From Macrostomum hystrix (Eukaryota; Animalia; Platyhelminthes), in the NCBI GenBank assembly GCA_950097015.1, contig CATNEN010000014.1, positions 930,001 through 994,000 of the forward strand: 64,000 bases of DNA. The letters are read 5' to 3'. The first letter of the stretch is position 1. The number at the start of each line of letters is the position of its first letter. Of the stretch, positions 12,701 through 22,430 are shown in pieces. Made by a program: the position numbers and the translations under genes. The notes under the pieces are model-generated. The model did not search any database and had not been told where the DNA came from. It saw only the letters and a list, made by a program, of their open reading frames with translations.

Positions 12701-15700
12701 AAGCCGTCAAGGACACGTACGCTCAGCTGCTTGTGCCGCTCATCAGAAAAGACGGCAGGTACGATGGCAGAACAAAGGAGACCTCAGGAAATCCTTCAAA
12801 GTGGCACGACATCTGGGGAGTCGCTGAAGAAGGAGACAAAGTCGGCGACCCCAATCGGACCGGAGAGTCCGCCATCGAGTGCATGCACAGAGTCGTTGAG
12901 CAGACTGAGCTCAACTGCAACGAGGCGAGGAAAGCCGTCTTTGACAGGTTGCAAAAACAGTACGAAGATCGGAAAAAGAAAGTCTTCACTCATCTTGGAA
13001 ATGTCAAGGACTTGGAGTCGGTGACAGACGAGCAGCTACCGTCAGCAGAGCTGGATCTGAAGTCGCTCCTGCAGCACTCGGCTGCCATCGTGCGCGGTCG
13101 AATGGAGGCAGCTCTGGTGCTGGCTGAAGGAAGTGCAGAAAGTCACATGCAGGCCTCCACTGCCTGGTTTGTGTTCCTCATGCGAGTGTGGTGCAGATTC
13201 AGCGAGCAGCATCGTGCTGGAGATGTGAAGAAAGTGTTCCGTGAGTCAATCTCAGAAACTCGTGACACGTCACTTCTACCCGCTTCTTCGCCGAAGGAAT
13301 TCGCGAAGAAGCTGCAGCTAGTCTTCTGCATCGACGAGAGTGTTCTCGGCGGCACAATTGAAGTAAACTTTGATGGTGATACTTTCACGCAGTCGAAAAT
13401 GAAGACAGTTGAAGGCGTTCGGCTGGAAGGATCAAAGTTTATGAGAAAAGAGGAAGTGTTGACATTCAAAGCGAGGCTAATACCCGACCCTGAGTTCACT
13501 GACTTTCAGTTGCTGCGAATTGAGCATGATGACGCAGAGGTGGACGAGTATAAGATTCGAATATTTATCACGAGTCGACAGCGTTCTAATGATACAAAAA
13601 TACACGTGCACGTTTTATATGCAGTGCCCCATACCGTGTACCCACGAGTCTGTGATTTCTATCTGGATACTCCACGCAGCCAGTGTCATCTCGGTGAGAT
13701 GACTCTCACCGAGACCTCACAACACCCAAGTACATGCCAGTCCTCTTCCTTTACTCTGCTGTTTAGAGTTAAACACTGTGAAGGCATGTCAGCGGTGAGA
13801 GTCACCAACTTGAGTGTCAGTGACCTTCAGCTAGACCTGAATGAGGGTGAGTGGTCGTCACGGACTCATGTTCCAATCGCTTGTTCTGACTCAGGTTCTG
13901 ACTCTGTATTGAACCTGCAGCCGTGTGTTCAGGCAGTCATTGACGGCAGACAATACGACTGCAGCCTCAGTCTGGGAGATGACAAACCAAAAGGAGCAGA
14001 TCTTGTCACTAATGGAGCTGAGCTGATTGCAAATGTGACTCAAATACCAACGGATGCCAATAAAAACGTAAAGGTGTGGAGCATCAGCAAGTGCCCGAAT
14101 GAGCTGGACGACTCAGACCTGCAGGTGCAGGTGCATCTCAGAGTGAAGGGAAAGCTAGAAAACCGATCAGCCAAACTCATTAGCAACGGCACGTCAGTAA
14201 CAGTCGATGAGTCCATGACAGTCGCTGCCCGAGTTCTGCCGGATAACACCGTCAGGGGACTCAAGGATTTGAAAGTTGAGATCGATGGCCAACAACTGCC
14301 AGTCGAGCAGATTTCGCCAGCGGAGACAGTGGCGAAGGCCGTGGTTCTTGTTGACGGTGACAGGGAGAAGCCGACGGCTCGCCTGTACGCAGTGAAGGAT
14401 GTGCCGATGCTGTTCGCGGCAGGCGAAGCTGGCATTCACGTCCTCAGCAACTGTCCTGAGATTGGAGACACAGTTTTGGAGTCTAACGAGCTGGTCAAGG
14501 ATGAAAACTCGGGTCAGTGGGTCAAGTGGCTCCGACTTGAGTTGGCGATGATCAACGGGGAGTTCCGACTTCTTGACGGACAGCCTGTGAAGGTGTGGAG
14601 ACGAAAAAGAGAAAAGAGACTGCATCGCTGGCCCCTGCAGCTGATGTGTCACAACGAAGGACAAGTCGGTTTTTGTGTCACCTTCAATGACGGGGAGCCT
14701 GTCGTCCACAGATCTGTTCGCGCCCTCCTACGAATTCGCGTTGGACACCAGGTGGGCATGACGTCACTCTGGGCTGAGGGTGACGGAGTGCCGGTCACTC
14801 CATTCACGCGTGAATGCGAGCCGTGTGCCATTCACAGCTTGATGAATGCAGAATGCAAGGCTTGTAGCAGCGAGTTCTGGGACGGCCTCGTGGAGCTGCC
14901 TGTGGCGATGCCGATGCCAACAGCGCTGAAAGCATTTGAGCTGAGGCTTCCCGCTGGTGGACAGGTGAAATTCAACCTCCGAGCGGTGAAGAGTGAGAAG
15001 CCAAAGTGCATGCCAGTCCAATATGCGCTGACAGTGCAGCAGCTACAGAGTCCCTTCGTCTTGTTTCACGCCGAAGTTGTTTACAAGAATCCGCCAAAAA
15101 AACGACAATCCAAAGAACTGCGCGCGGTAGGTAAACCAAATTCTGTGTACTCGAAACTAGAAAATGTTTTCTCCAAAAGATTTAAAACTGTATTTCCATT
15201 ACTGGTTCCGCAATTTGATTCGTACGGCGCATATACATCTGTCGAATCTGGCAAGTTTTATATCTGGGCATCGCACACTGATAAAGAAGTCCAAAGAGCG
15301 CTTGAGAAATTACAAGCTTGCCTTGAGAAGGCAAGAAATAATCAAGAAGCAAATAAAATAAAATGTGAGATAGACAAGCTCGAAGGCCTTAATCGATTCA
15401 TTCAGGCTGAGATCGAATTAGAGGGTCAAATAAAAGCGCCTACACACCGGGTTCATGCATATACTGCTAATAGCAGACACATAAGCTGCATACAATACTT
15501 TAACAGAAGAGTTCTGCCCCCATTCGACAATAACCCAGGAGGCGTTTTTAATATTGTCAGGAGACGCTTAAGAGTAATTTATCATCTCCATAGACAGCCG
15601 CTAGTAGAAAGTATTATGCAACAGGCTAATGTTGATGTTAATCTGGAAAATCAAGGCCACGACTATTTTACAACAGTGCGAAAACTGTGCCAGATATTTT

Positions 15701-15978
15701 GTCAAAGGAACGATCAAGCAGGACAGGAGCGCCGTAAAGCTGCGCTGGAGAAACTGCTCAAACATTCGGCCGCCATCGCCCGGGGTCGAGCTGAAGCCCT
15801 CCTCATGCCGCATCCTAATGGAGTGAAACCAGATGACCAACATTGTAAAGCAGCGGTCGCGTGGCTGACGCTGACAGTAAATATTCTGCAGAAACTAAGT
15901 AAGAAAAATGCGGCCGAATCAATGAAGGAAAGCAATTTTCCAGAACCCAACTTCTACCGGTGGCCGAAAAGAAACTGA
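9703..15978 (+). CDS. Giant intronless protein of about 2,090 aa, unknown function, with internal repeats and a CxxC-x9-CxxC motif
   Basis: 6.3-kb uninterrupted ORF of complex, non-satellite sequence. First ATG at 9703, preceded by a pyrimidine-rich ...GCGCAG at 9692-9693. Repeat copies differ by substitutions that keep the frame open. CEPCAIHSLMNAECKAC at 14815-14865. Confidence 0.85.
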   Translation: MSLEQAAGGQQMELRLHFRIQGLQHDEDVGNVIVSLAGKNYQLHERFIRQKAGSGRSSRSGRLPYKVFATGKFEVNDFATDLELVEDAKSEKSETLEKLKTISEARVSKEAQLEDESDFPCIQAELTSGGEFQLLPDKQPLEFSLTLRDAHLHFSKEFVAELLKMKHIVDNIVEYLVLLRVGETEVFVSAHPVTPVKLEFRAVAPSGVAANVLGNCEELRERTEENRMVGDSGSGAQLKAGIYLRLAHLFVSISSSKGDPKVDPKGEHARMSGKFRTPDGDLLKVQLKVRDAVNELCFDRPIQTVPLSCESLELQMQEIDGFIVDFEYIGTNVREILNWKVKFFVDDLDGICADITEIRLEGLPGSKFLHSWKISDSGWQTDGEIVLSASAEYCGDEWLLRTLDGEDFDFDLILKMKGQESKLNVRLYPRMSAVWLDTAFEARVTLWKSRARESKSSLPSVPEICFSCDLRRQCDCPFLTHRRDSVLRQLEEGVIKKKLQVNGKPIEFQAVKDTYAQLLVPLITKDGRYDGRTKETSGNPSKWHDIWGVAEEEDKVGDPNRTGESAIECMHRVVEQTELNCNEARKAVFDRLQKQYEDREKKVRTHLGNVKDLESVTDEQLPSAEQDLKLLLQHSAAIVRGRMEAALVLAEGSAESHMQDSTARFVFLMRVWCRFREQHRAGDVKKVFRESISEPQPTSSSAPDSSIDVSTDFLFASGVSHRDDIFSRFSSALSRFGLCRASRPVGFVDVKDTYAQLLVPLITKYGRYHGRTKETSGNPSKWHDIWGVAEEGDKVGDPNRTGESAIQCALRLSKQMNWKNARKAVFDRLMRKYEAREDAVLKDLGFNGSEIKNLQVAAYCQFLESLADRAMSSEAELQLLRQAAAIVRGRMEAALVLPKRRAESHMQAATAWFVLLMRVWCRFRERFKAGDEKFQLKESIREDSTSLQAAADVKVQGSTQLLSHFDSPFVVSRRDSVLRQFEEGVIKKKLQVNGKPIEFQAVKDTYAQLLVPLIRKDGRYDGRTKETSGNPSKWHDIWGVAEEGDKVGDPNRTGESAIECMHRVVEQTELNCNEARKAVFDRLQKQYEDRKKKVFTHLGNVKDLESVTDEQLPSAELDLKSLLQHSAAIVRGRMEAALVLAEGSAESHMQASTAWFVFLMRVWCRFSEQHRAGDVKKVFRESISETRDTSLLPASSPKEFAKKLQLVFCIDESVLGGTIEVNFDGDTFTQSKMKTVEGVRLEGSKFMRKEEVLTFKARLIPDPEFTDFQLLRIEHDDAEVDEYKIRIFITSRQRSNDTKIHVHVLYAVPHTVYPRVCDFYLDTPRSQCHLGEMTLTETSQHPSTCQSSSFTLLFRVKHCEGMSAVRVTNLSVSDLQLDLNEGEWSSRTHVPIACSDSGSDSVLNLQPCVQAVIDGRQYDCSLSLGDDKPKGADLVTNGAELIANVTQIPTDANKNVKVWSISKCPNELDDSDLQVQVHLRVKGKLENRSAKLISNGTSVTVDESMTVAARVLPDNTVRGLKDLKVEIDGQQLPVEQISPAETVAKAVVLVDGDREKPTARLYAVKDVPMLFAAGEAGIHVLSNCPEIGDTVLESNELVKDENSGQWVKWLRLELAMINGEFRLLDGQPVKVWRRKREKRLHRWPLQLMCHNEGQVGFCVTFNDGEPVVHRSVRALLRIRVGHQVGMTSLWAEGDGVPVTPFTRECEPCAIHSLMNAECKACSSEFWDGLVELPVAMPMPTALKAFELRLPAGGQVKFNLRAVKSEKPKCMPVQYALTVQQLQSPFVLFHAEVVYKNPPKKRQSKELRAVGKPNSVYSKLENVFSKRFKTVFPLLVPQFDSYGAYTSVESGKFYIWASHTDKEVQRALEKLQACLEKARNNQEANKIKCEIDKLEGLNRFIQAEIELEGQIKAPTHRVHAYTANSRHISCIQYFNRRVLPPFDNNPGGVFNIVRRRLRVIYHLHRQPLVESIMQQANVDVNLENQGHDYFTTVRKLCQIFCQRNDQAGQERRKAALEKLLKHSAAIARGRAEALLMPHPNGVKPDDQHCKAAVAWLTLTVNILQKLSKKNAAESMKESNFPEPNFYRWPKRN
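11149..13260 (+). repeat. Three tandem intragenic copies (A, B, A') of a module of about 170-200 aa
   Basis: VKDTYAQLLVPLI starts at 11233, 11950 and 12706. A and A' are 1473 bp apart and near-identical, including the RDSVLRQ.EEGVIKKK lead-in; B is more diverged in its 3' half. Confidence 0.95.
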
Positions 15979-16123
15979 CGTATCAAATTGCCTGACTATA
16001 GTAACTTTCTCTGCGCATGCACGATCTAGATCTAGATGCGTGCAGCCTCTCAATGCTAATGAATTGTGCTTAATCGAGTTATCGTGTTATCGATAATAAC
16101 TCGTCTTTTCGTGCTTTACCACC

Positions 16124-18790
16124 TGTGCGTATCTTTTCATTGTTATCCCAATTGCTTTACTCTATCAATATCTAAGCGTATCTTTTCATTGTTATCCCAA
16201 TTGCTTTATTCTATCAATATCTAAGCGTATCTTTTCATTGTTATCCCAATTGCTTTACTCTATCAATATCTAAGCGTATCTTTTCATTGTTATCCCAATG
16301 GCTTTATTCTATCAATATCTAAGCGTATCTTTTCATTGTTATCCCAATGGCTTTACTCTATCAATATCTAAGCGTATCTTTTCATTGTTATCCCAATGGC
16401 TTTATTCTATCAATATCTAAGCGTATCTTTTCATTGTTATCCCAATTGCTTTACTCTATCAATATCTAAGCGTATCTTTTCATTGTTATCCCAATTGCTT
16501 TACTCTATCAATATCTAAGCGTATCTTTTCATTGTTATCCCAATGGCTTTATTCTATCAATATCTAAGCGTATCTTTTCATTGTTATCCCAATGGCTTTA
16601 TTCTATCAATATCTAAGCGTATCTTTCCATTGTTATCCCAATGGCTTTATTCTATCAATATCTAAGCGTATCTTTTCATTGTTATCCCAATGGCTTTATT
16701 CTATCAATATCTAAGCGTATCTTTTCATTGTTATCCCAATTGCTTTACTCTATCAATATCTAAGCGTATCTTTTCATTGTTATCCCAATGGCTTTACTCT
16801 ATCAATATCTAAGCGTATCTTTTCATTGTTATCCCAATGGCTTTATTCTATCAATATCTAAGCGTATCTTTTCATTGTTATCCCAATGGCTTTATTCTAT
16901 CAATATCTAAGCGTATCTTTTCATTGTTATCCCAATGGCTTTATTCTATCAATATCTAAGCGTATCTTTTCATTGTTATCCCAATGGCTTTACTCTATCA
17001 ATATCTAAGCGTATCTTTTCATTGTTATCCCAATGGCTTTATTCTATCAATATCTAAGCGTATCTTTTCATTGTTATCCCAATGGCTTTACTCTATCAAT
17101 ATCTAAGCGTATCTTTTCATTGTTATCCCAATGGCTTTACTCTATCAATATCTAAGCGTATCTTTTCATTGTTATCCCAATGGCTTTATTCTATCAATAT
17201 CTAAGCGTATCTTTTCATTGTTATCCCAATGGCTTTACTCTATCAATATCTAAGCGTATCTTTTCATTGTTATCCCAATGGCTTTATTCTATCAATATCT
17301 AAGCGTATCTTTTCATTGTTATCCCAATGGCTTTACTCTATCAATATCTAAGCGTATCTTTTCATTGTTATCCCAATGGCTTTATTCTATCAATATCTAA
17401 GCGTATCTTTTCATTGTTATCCCAATGGCTTTATTCTATCAATATCTAAGCGTATCTTTTCATTGTTATCCCAATGGCTTTACTCTATCAATATCTAAGC
17501 GTATCTTTTCATTGTTATCCCAATTGCTTTACTCTATCAATATCTAAGCGTATCTTTTCATTGTTATCCCAATGGCTTTACTCTATCAATATCTAAGCGT
17601 ATCTTTTCATTGTTATCCCAATTGCTTTACTCTATCAATATCTAAGCGTATCTTTTCATTGTTATCCCAATGGCTTTATTCTATCAATATCTAAGCGTAT
17701 CTTTCCATTGTTATCCCAATGGCTTTATTCTATCAATATCTAAGCGTATCTTTTCATTGTTATCCCAATGGCTTTACTCTATCAATATCTAAGCGTATCT
17801 TTTCATTGTTATCCCAATGGCTTTATTCTATCAATATCTAAGCGTATCTTTTCATTGTTATCCCAATGGCTTTATTCTATCAATATCTAAGCGTATCTTT
17901 TCATTGTTATCCCAATGGCTTTATTCTATCAATATCTAAGCGTATCTTTTCATTGTTATCCCAATTGCTTTACTCTATCAATATCTAAGCGTATCTTTTC
18001 ATTGTTATCCCAATGGCTTTATTCTATCAATATCTAAGCGTATCTTTTCATTGTTATCCCAATGGCTTTACTCTATCAATATCTAAGCGTATCTTTTCAT
18101 TGTTATCCCAATGGCTTTATTCTATCAATATCTAAGCGTATCTTTTCATTGTTATCCCAATTGCTTTACTCTATCAATATCTAAGCGTATCTTTTCATTG
18201 TTATCCCAATTGCTTTACTCTATCAATATCTAAGCGTATCTTTTCATTGTTATCCCAATGGCTTTATTCTATCAATATCTAAGCGTATCTTTTCATTGTT
18301 ATCCCAATGGCTTTATTCTATCAATATCTAAGCGTATCTTTTCATTGTTATCCCAATGGCTTTACTCTATCAATATCTAAGCGTATCTTTTCATTGTTAT
18401 CCCAATTGCTTTATTCTATCAATATCTAAGCGTATCTTTTCATTGTTATCCCAATTGCTTTATTCTATCAATATCTAAGCGTATCTTTTCATTGTTATCC
18501 CAATTGCTTTATTCTATCAATATCTAAGCGTATCTTTCCATTGTTATCCCAATGGCTTTATTCTATCAATATCTAAGCGTATCTTTTCATTGTTATCCCA
18601 ATGGCTTTATTCTATCAATATCTAAGCGTATCTTTCCATTGTTATCCCAATGGCTTTATTCTATCAATATCTAAGCGTATCTTTCCATTGTTATCCCAAT
18701 GGCTTTATTCTATCAATGTCTAAGCGTATCTTTTCATTGTTATCTCATTATTTATTCTAGCAAATCTGTGCGTATCTTTTCAATGCCGCT
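16124..18790. repeat. 49-bp tandem array, about 54 copies
   Basis: Unit GCGTATCTTTTCATTGTTATCCCAAT[T/G]GCTTTA[C/T]TCTATCAATATCTAA; period confirmed at 16861 and 16910. Confidence 0.97.
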
Positions 18791-19089
18791 ATCATTTGAT
18801 CGGTATCTGCTGTCTGTACCTTTAAATTTTACCCTCGGAATAAACAAAATTATTTAATTCGGTTACTTTCTCTTTAAAGGTGGTCTTCAGTAGTTACCTT
18901 TAGTAAAACTAGAACTCGCGAGTAAAATTTTGGCACATTACTTACCTTACGCGAGTCAGGTTATTCTGTAAGCACAGCTGAGCGGACAGGTTCGTGCAGC
19001 TGCTCCCACAGGTGATCCCACAGGTGATCCCACAGGTGCCTACGCGGATGCAATGTGTAAAGCGAGGCCCAACCGGCAGTTTGCCTACT

Positions 19090-19198
19090 TTAGCCTAGCT
19101 ATTCAAGGGTTTAGCCTAGCTATTCAAGGGTTTAGCCTAGCTATTCAAGGGTTTAGCCTAGCTATTCAAGGGTTTAGCCTAGCTATTCAAGGGTTTAG
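19090..19198. repeat. 21-bp tandem repeat, about 5 copies (TTTAGCCTAGCTATTCAAGGG)
   Basis: Directly visible; a 12-bp CCCACAGGTGAT repeat (about 3 copies) lies just upstream near 19005-19040. Confidence 0.9.
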
Positions 19199-19967
19199 GT
19201 CTATAAGCTAATTCTGAATCATGGCTGCCTGGAGGTCACTGGTCTCCCTCAGTTAATTCTTTTTTTAGCCTAAAAACAAGTTCATAGTTTTTTATCCGTG
19301 TCAAGAGTAGCAGAATTACTTGGATTATCCCATGGGAAAATAAACTAAACCAATGGAAGTTGACACGTTTAGAAGGAATAGAAGGACGGAAAACGACGTT
19401 TCTTAGAAAATGTTTTGGATGCTGGTTGTCGCCGCAAAATACACAGGACAGGTAAATTTTCAGCGAATGTGCTTGATTGATGGCGGAAGGAAGGCATAGC
19501 ACCAAATAGAACCAGACAAACTGCAGGAAAAGGCCGCGCCCCTTACTAGAACAGTTCCTATTCTGCACATCTCAAATTCTGTCTCGATCACGAGGAATTT
19601 GTCATAGAAAAGCTGTTACTATATCAGCGAGGACTTCATAGACTTATTGTGGGATCCAAACACGCGGGGCAGACTGAGACTGGCAGGTTGTGGGATTTTT
19701 TAACCGCGTCAGTCTGTCATACGGCCACACGAGGTCAGCGGCTCCACCTCTAGCTAGCTCGCACGTGGCGACATTTTCTAGTCTGCCATGTTAACTGAGC
19801 GCTACTGTTAGTAGGCTATCGCTTACAAGTTCTAAGCTAATGAAGTTCTGCTTGTGGTCCTTGGCTATTAAAAGACAAAAAATAAATACAAAGTTTCGGT
19901 TTGTCAGATTCCTAGAATATTTCGCTTGGTCCGTGTACACGCATGAATATCCACGTGAGTTAAGCGC

Positions 19968-20440
19968 CTCTCTAATGACTCAAACGCCTCTGCAATGACT
20001 CAGACGCCTCTCTAATGACTCAAACGCCTCTGCAATGACTCAAACGTCTCTATAGTGACTCAAACGCCTCTGAAATGACTCAGACGCCTCTCTAATGACT
20101 CAGACGCCTCTCTAATGACTCAGACGCCTCTCTAATGACTCAAACGTCTCTATAGTGACTCAAACGCCTCTGAAATGACTCAGACGCCTCTCTAATGACT
20201 CAGACGCCTCTCTAATGACTCAAACGTCTCTGAAATTACTCAAACACAACTCTAATGACTCAAACGTCTCTATAATGACTCAAACGTCTCTATAGTGACT
20301 CAAACGTCTCTGAAATTACTCAAACACAACTCTAATGACTCAAACGTCTCTATAATGACTCAAACGTCTCTATAGTGACTCAAACGCGTCTGCAATGACT
20401 GAAACTCCACTGTAATGACTCAAACGCCTCTCTAATGATT
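19968..20440. repeat. 20-bp tandem array, about 23 copies (AATGACTCAAACGCCTCTCT)
   Basis: Directly visible; most units contain TGACTCA. Confidence 0.95.
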
Positions 20441-20905
20441 CAGACTCGAACCCCAGTGCTTTACCAGGATATCGAGACAGAGTGTGCTTATATTGAAAAT
20501 TCGTAGAATGATACATTTACATTAGAATTATTACTGGATCACGATTATTAAGTCCTTAGTGCAGTGCATTATGCGTACGCCAGTTTAGTTCACGAGGTAA
20601 AGTTTTTGAATTGGCGCGTTTCTGAAAGACGCTTTATCACATAATAAGGCGATACTAATTAAGTAAAACTGAAATAAAATAAAAAAATCCGGAAACCACG
20701 AACCCGGTGCCAAAACGCGACCCGAAACCCGAACACCCCTAGTCCCTCCCAACATTTTCGCTAGACCTAAAGGTCGCCACTTGGTGTCCTCGCTATTAAT
20801 ATTGGTCTACGCAGCTAAGAAACGCGAATTAGACAAAGGGGAATGTTCAGGTGCAAAGAGCATGAGCAGGCTCGCATGCCACAATCGTTTGAACTCCGCC
20901 TGCAG

Positions 20906-21529
20906 CTCTGGTCAGCGGAGTCGCGTTCCAGACCGCTGCCGGCTGCCGCGGCCTGTTGCGGTAGGAGACGCCTCTCTACCTGGACGCCGGAGTCAGCAGT
21001 GCCCTCAGCGAGCCGGGGTTCGCCGCCAGCCAGCTTGACTGCGCCGCCAGGTGCGGGGCGGTCAGCGGCTGCCGGCTCGTCGTTTTCAACAGCCGCAGCC
21101 GCCTCTGCGCCGCCCTGTGCCTGTTCGACGCTTCTGTTTCGCCTGGCCCCGAAGGTACCCACGGGACCCGGCTGCTTGGCTTCGAGGCCGACGACGAGCT
21201 CTGGATTGCCGAGGACTTTCGCGATGCCGTCGACAAGATGAAACAACCGGGAAGCTGTGAGTCCTCTACTCAACTCTGAGTCTTCTGCTCCGCTTTCAGT
21301 CCTCAATATGAGTTCACATTATGAATTCTACTAAGCACTGAATCCCCTGCTTGTACTCAGCTTGTACTTGCACTGAGTCCGCTTCGAGCAGTGAGTTCTC
21401 TTCTGGTGAGTTCTCGTCGAAGGGGATAGCCTACCCACGCTGTTGATGCCTCGCAATTTTCAGCTGGAGCCCAGTTCGGCCCATTCGCAACCGACTCACC
21501 CGGCGCAACAGTTGACAAAGACATTGCCA
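20906..21529 (+). pseudogene. PAN/Apple-like domain gene, partial or disrupted
   Basis: A frame not listed in the track gives LVSGVAFQTAAGCRGLLR*ETPLYLDAG..SQLDCAARCGAVSGCRLVVFNSRSRLCAALC, which has PAN-type Cys spacing. Phase-compatible GT-AG exons: ..21256, 21361-21407, 21465-21529. TAG at 20962-20964; no clear start codon. Confidence 0.5.
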
Positions 21530-22017
21530 AGTACCTAACTTTGATCAAGTACTGGTAGCAGAAACAATGCCCATCATTAGCTCAGCTAATGAATCAATGC
21601 ATGAAACGTCGCTTGTGAATATTCGCTTCGTCTCGCCTTGGTTCGACCACGAGCGATGGCGGCAGAAATTGTTTTATTGTGGACACTGAATTCTATTTTC
21701 TAAGCATTGCAAGCATTCCAATTGTGATGCACCTGTCACCATACCGGCTTTCTTGGACATCCAGTTTAACAGAATGGAACTTTCATAAGTGTATTTCTTA
21801 AGAAAAGCGAATTCACAGCTTCATTCCAAGGACAACTGAAGTGCTCTTAATTAAGTTGTCCTTGCTTCAATCAACGAGGCTCAGATGCTGACACCAAAAA
21901 TTTCAAAATCGTAAGCATCGTTTTTTATTTCCGCATTATCTAAATGTCAACGACAGCTTTTCGGTATTTGCCTTCGTTTTGTTGTTTTCCATGTTGGACT
22001 GGAGCAAGCGGTTTTTA

Positions 22018-22430
22018 GTCACTCCATTCACGTGTGAATGTGAGCCTATGCCATTCACACATTCGTGAATGCAGAATGCAAGGCTTGTAGCAGCGAGTTC
22101 TGGGACGACCTCGTGGATAGCCCTGACTCGGAAACCGTCTGTCTGTGACGGCAGCGGTGTGGAGCGTGACCCCGCTGATCAGAGCTGCAGGCGGAGTTCG
22201 AACGATTGCGGCATGCGAGCCAGCTCATGATTTTTGCACCTGAGCATTTCCCCTTTGTCTAATTCGCGTTTCTTAGCTGTGTCGAGATGCCTGTGGCGAT
22301 GCCGATGGCACGGCTTTGAAAGCGTTTGAGCAGATGCTTCTGCGGGTGGACAGGTGCAGAAATTCAACCTCCGAGCGTGAGAATAAGTGCATGCCGGTGC
22401 ATAGGCCAATTCGTTGTTGACCAGTGCCTG
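22018..22430 (+). pseudogene. Second degenerate fragment of the giant ORF (zinc-motif region), split by an insertion
   Basis: 22018-22117 matches about 14794-14893 and 22288-22430 matches about 14896-15035, with indels. The intervening segment contains the reverse complement of 20812-20941. Confidence 0.85.

Noticed and set aside
16124-18790. CRISPR-like regular array
   Set aside because: No unique spacers, only head-to-tail units; eukaryotic context and no cas genes.
19755-19790. Helitron-like 3' end (short hairpin followed by CTAG|T)
   Set aside because: The stem is short and bulged, and no matching 5' TC end or RepHel sequence was identified.
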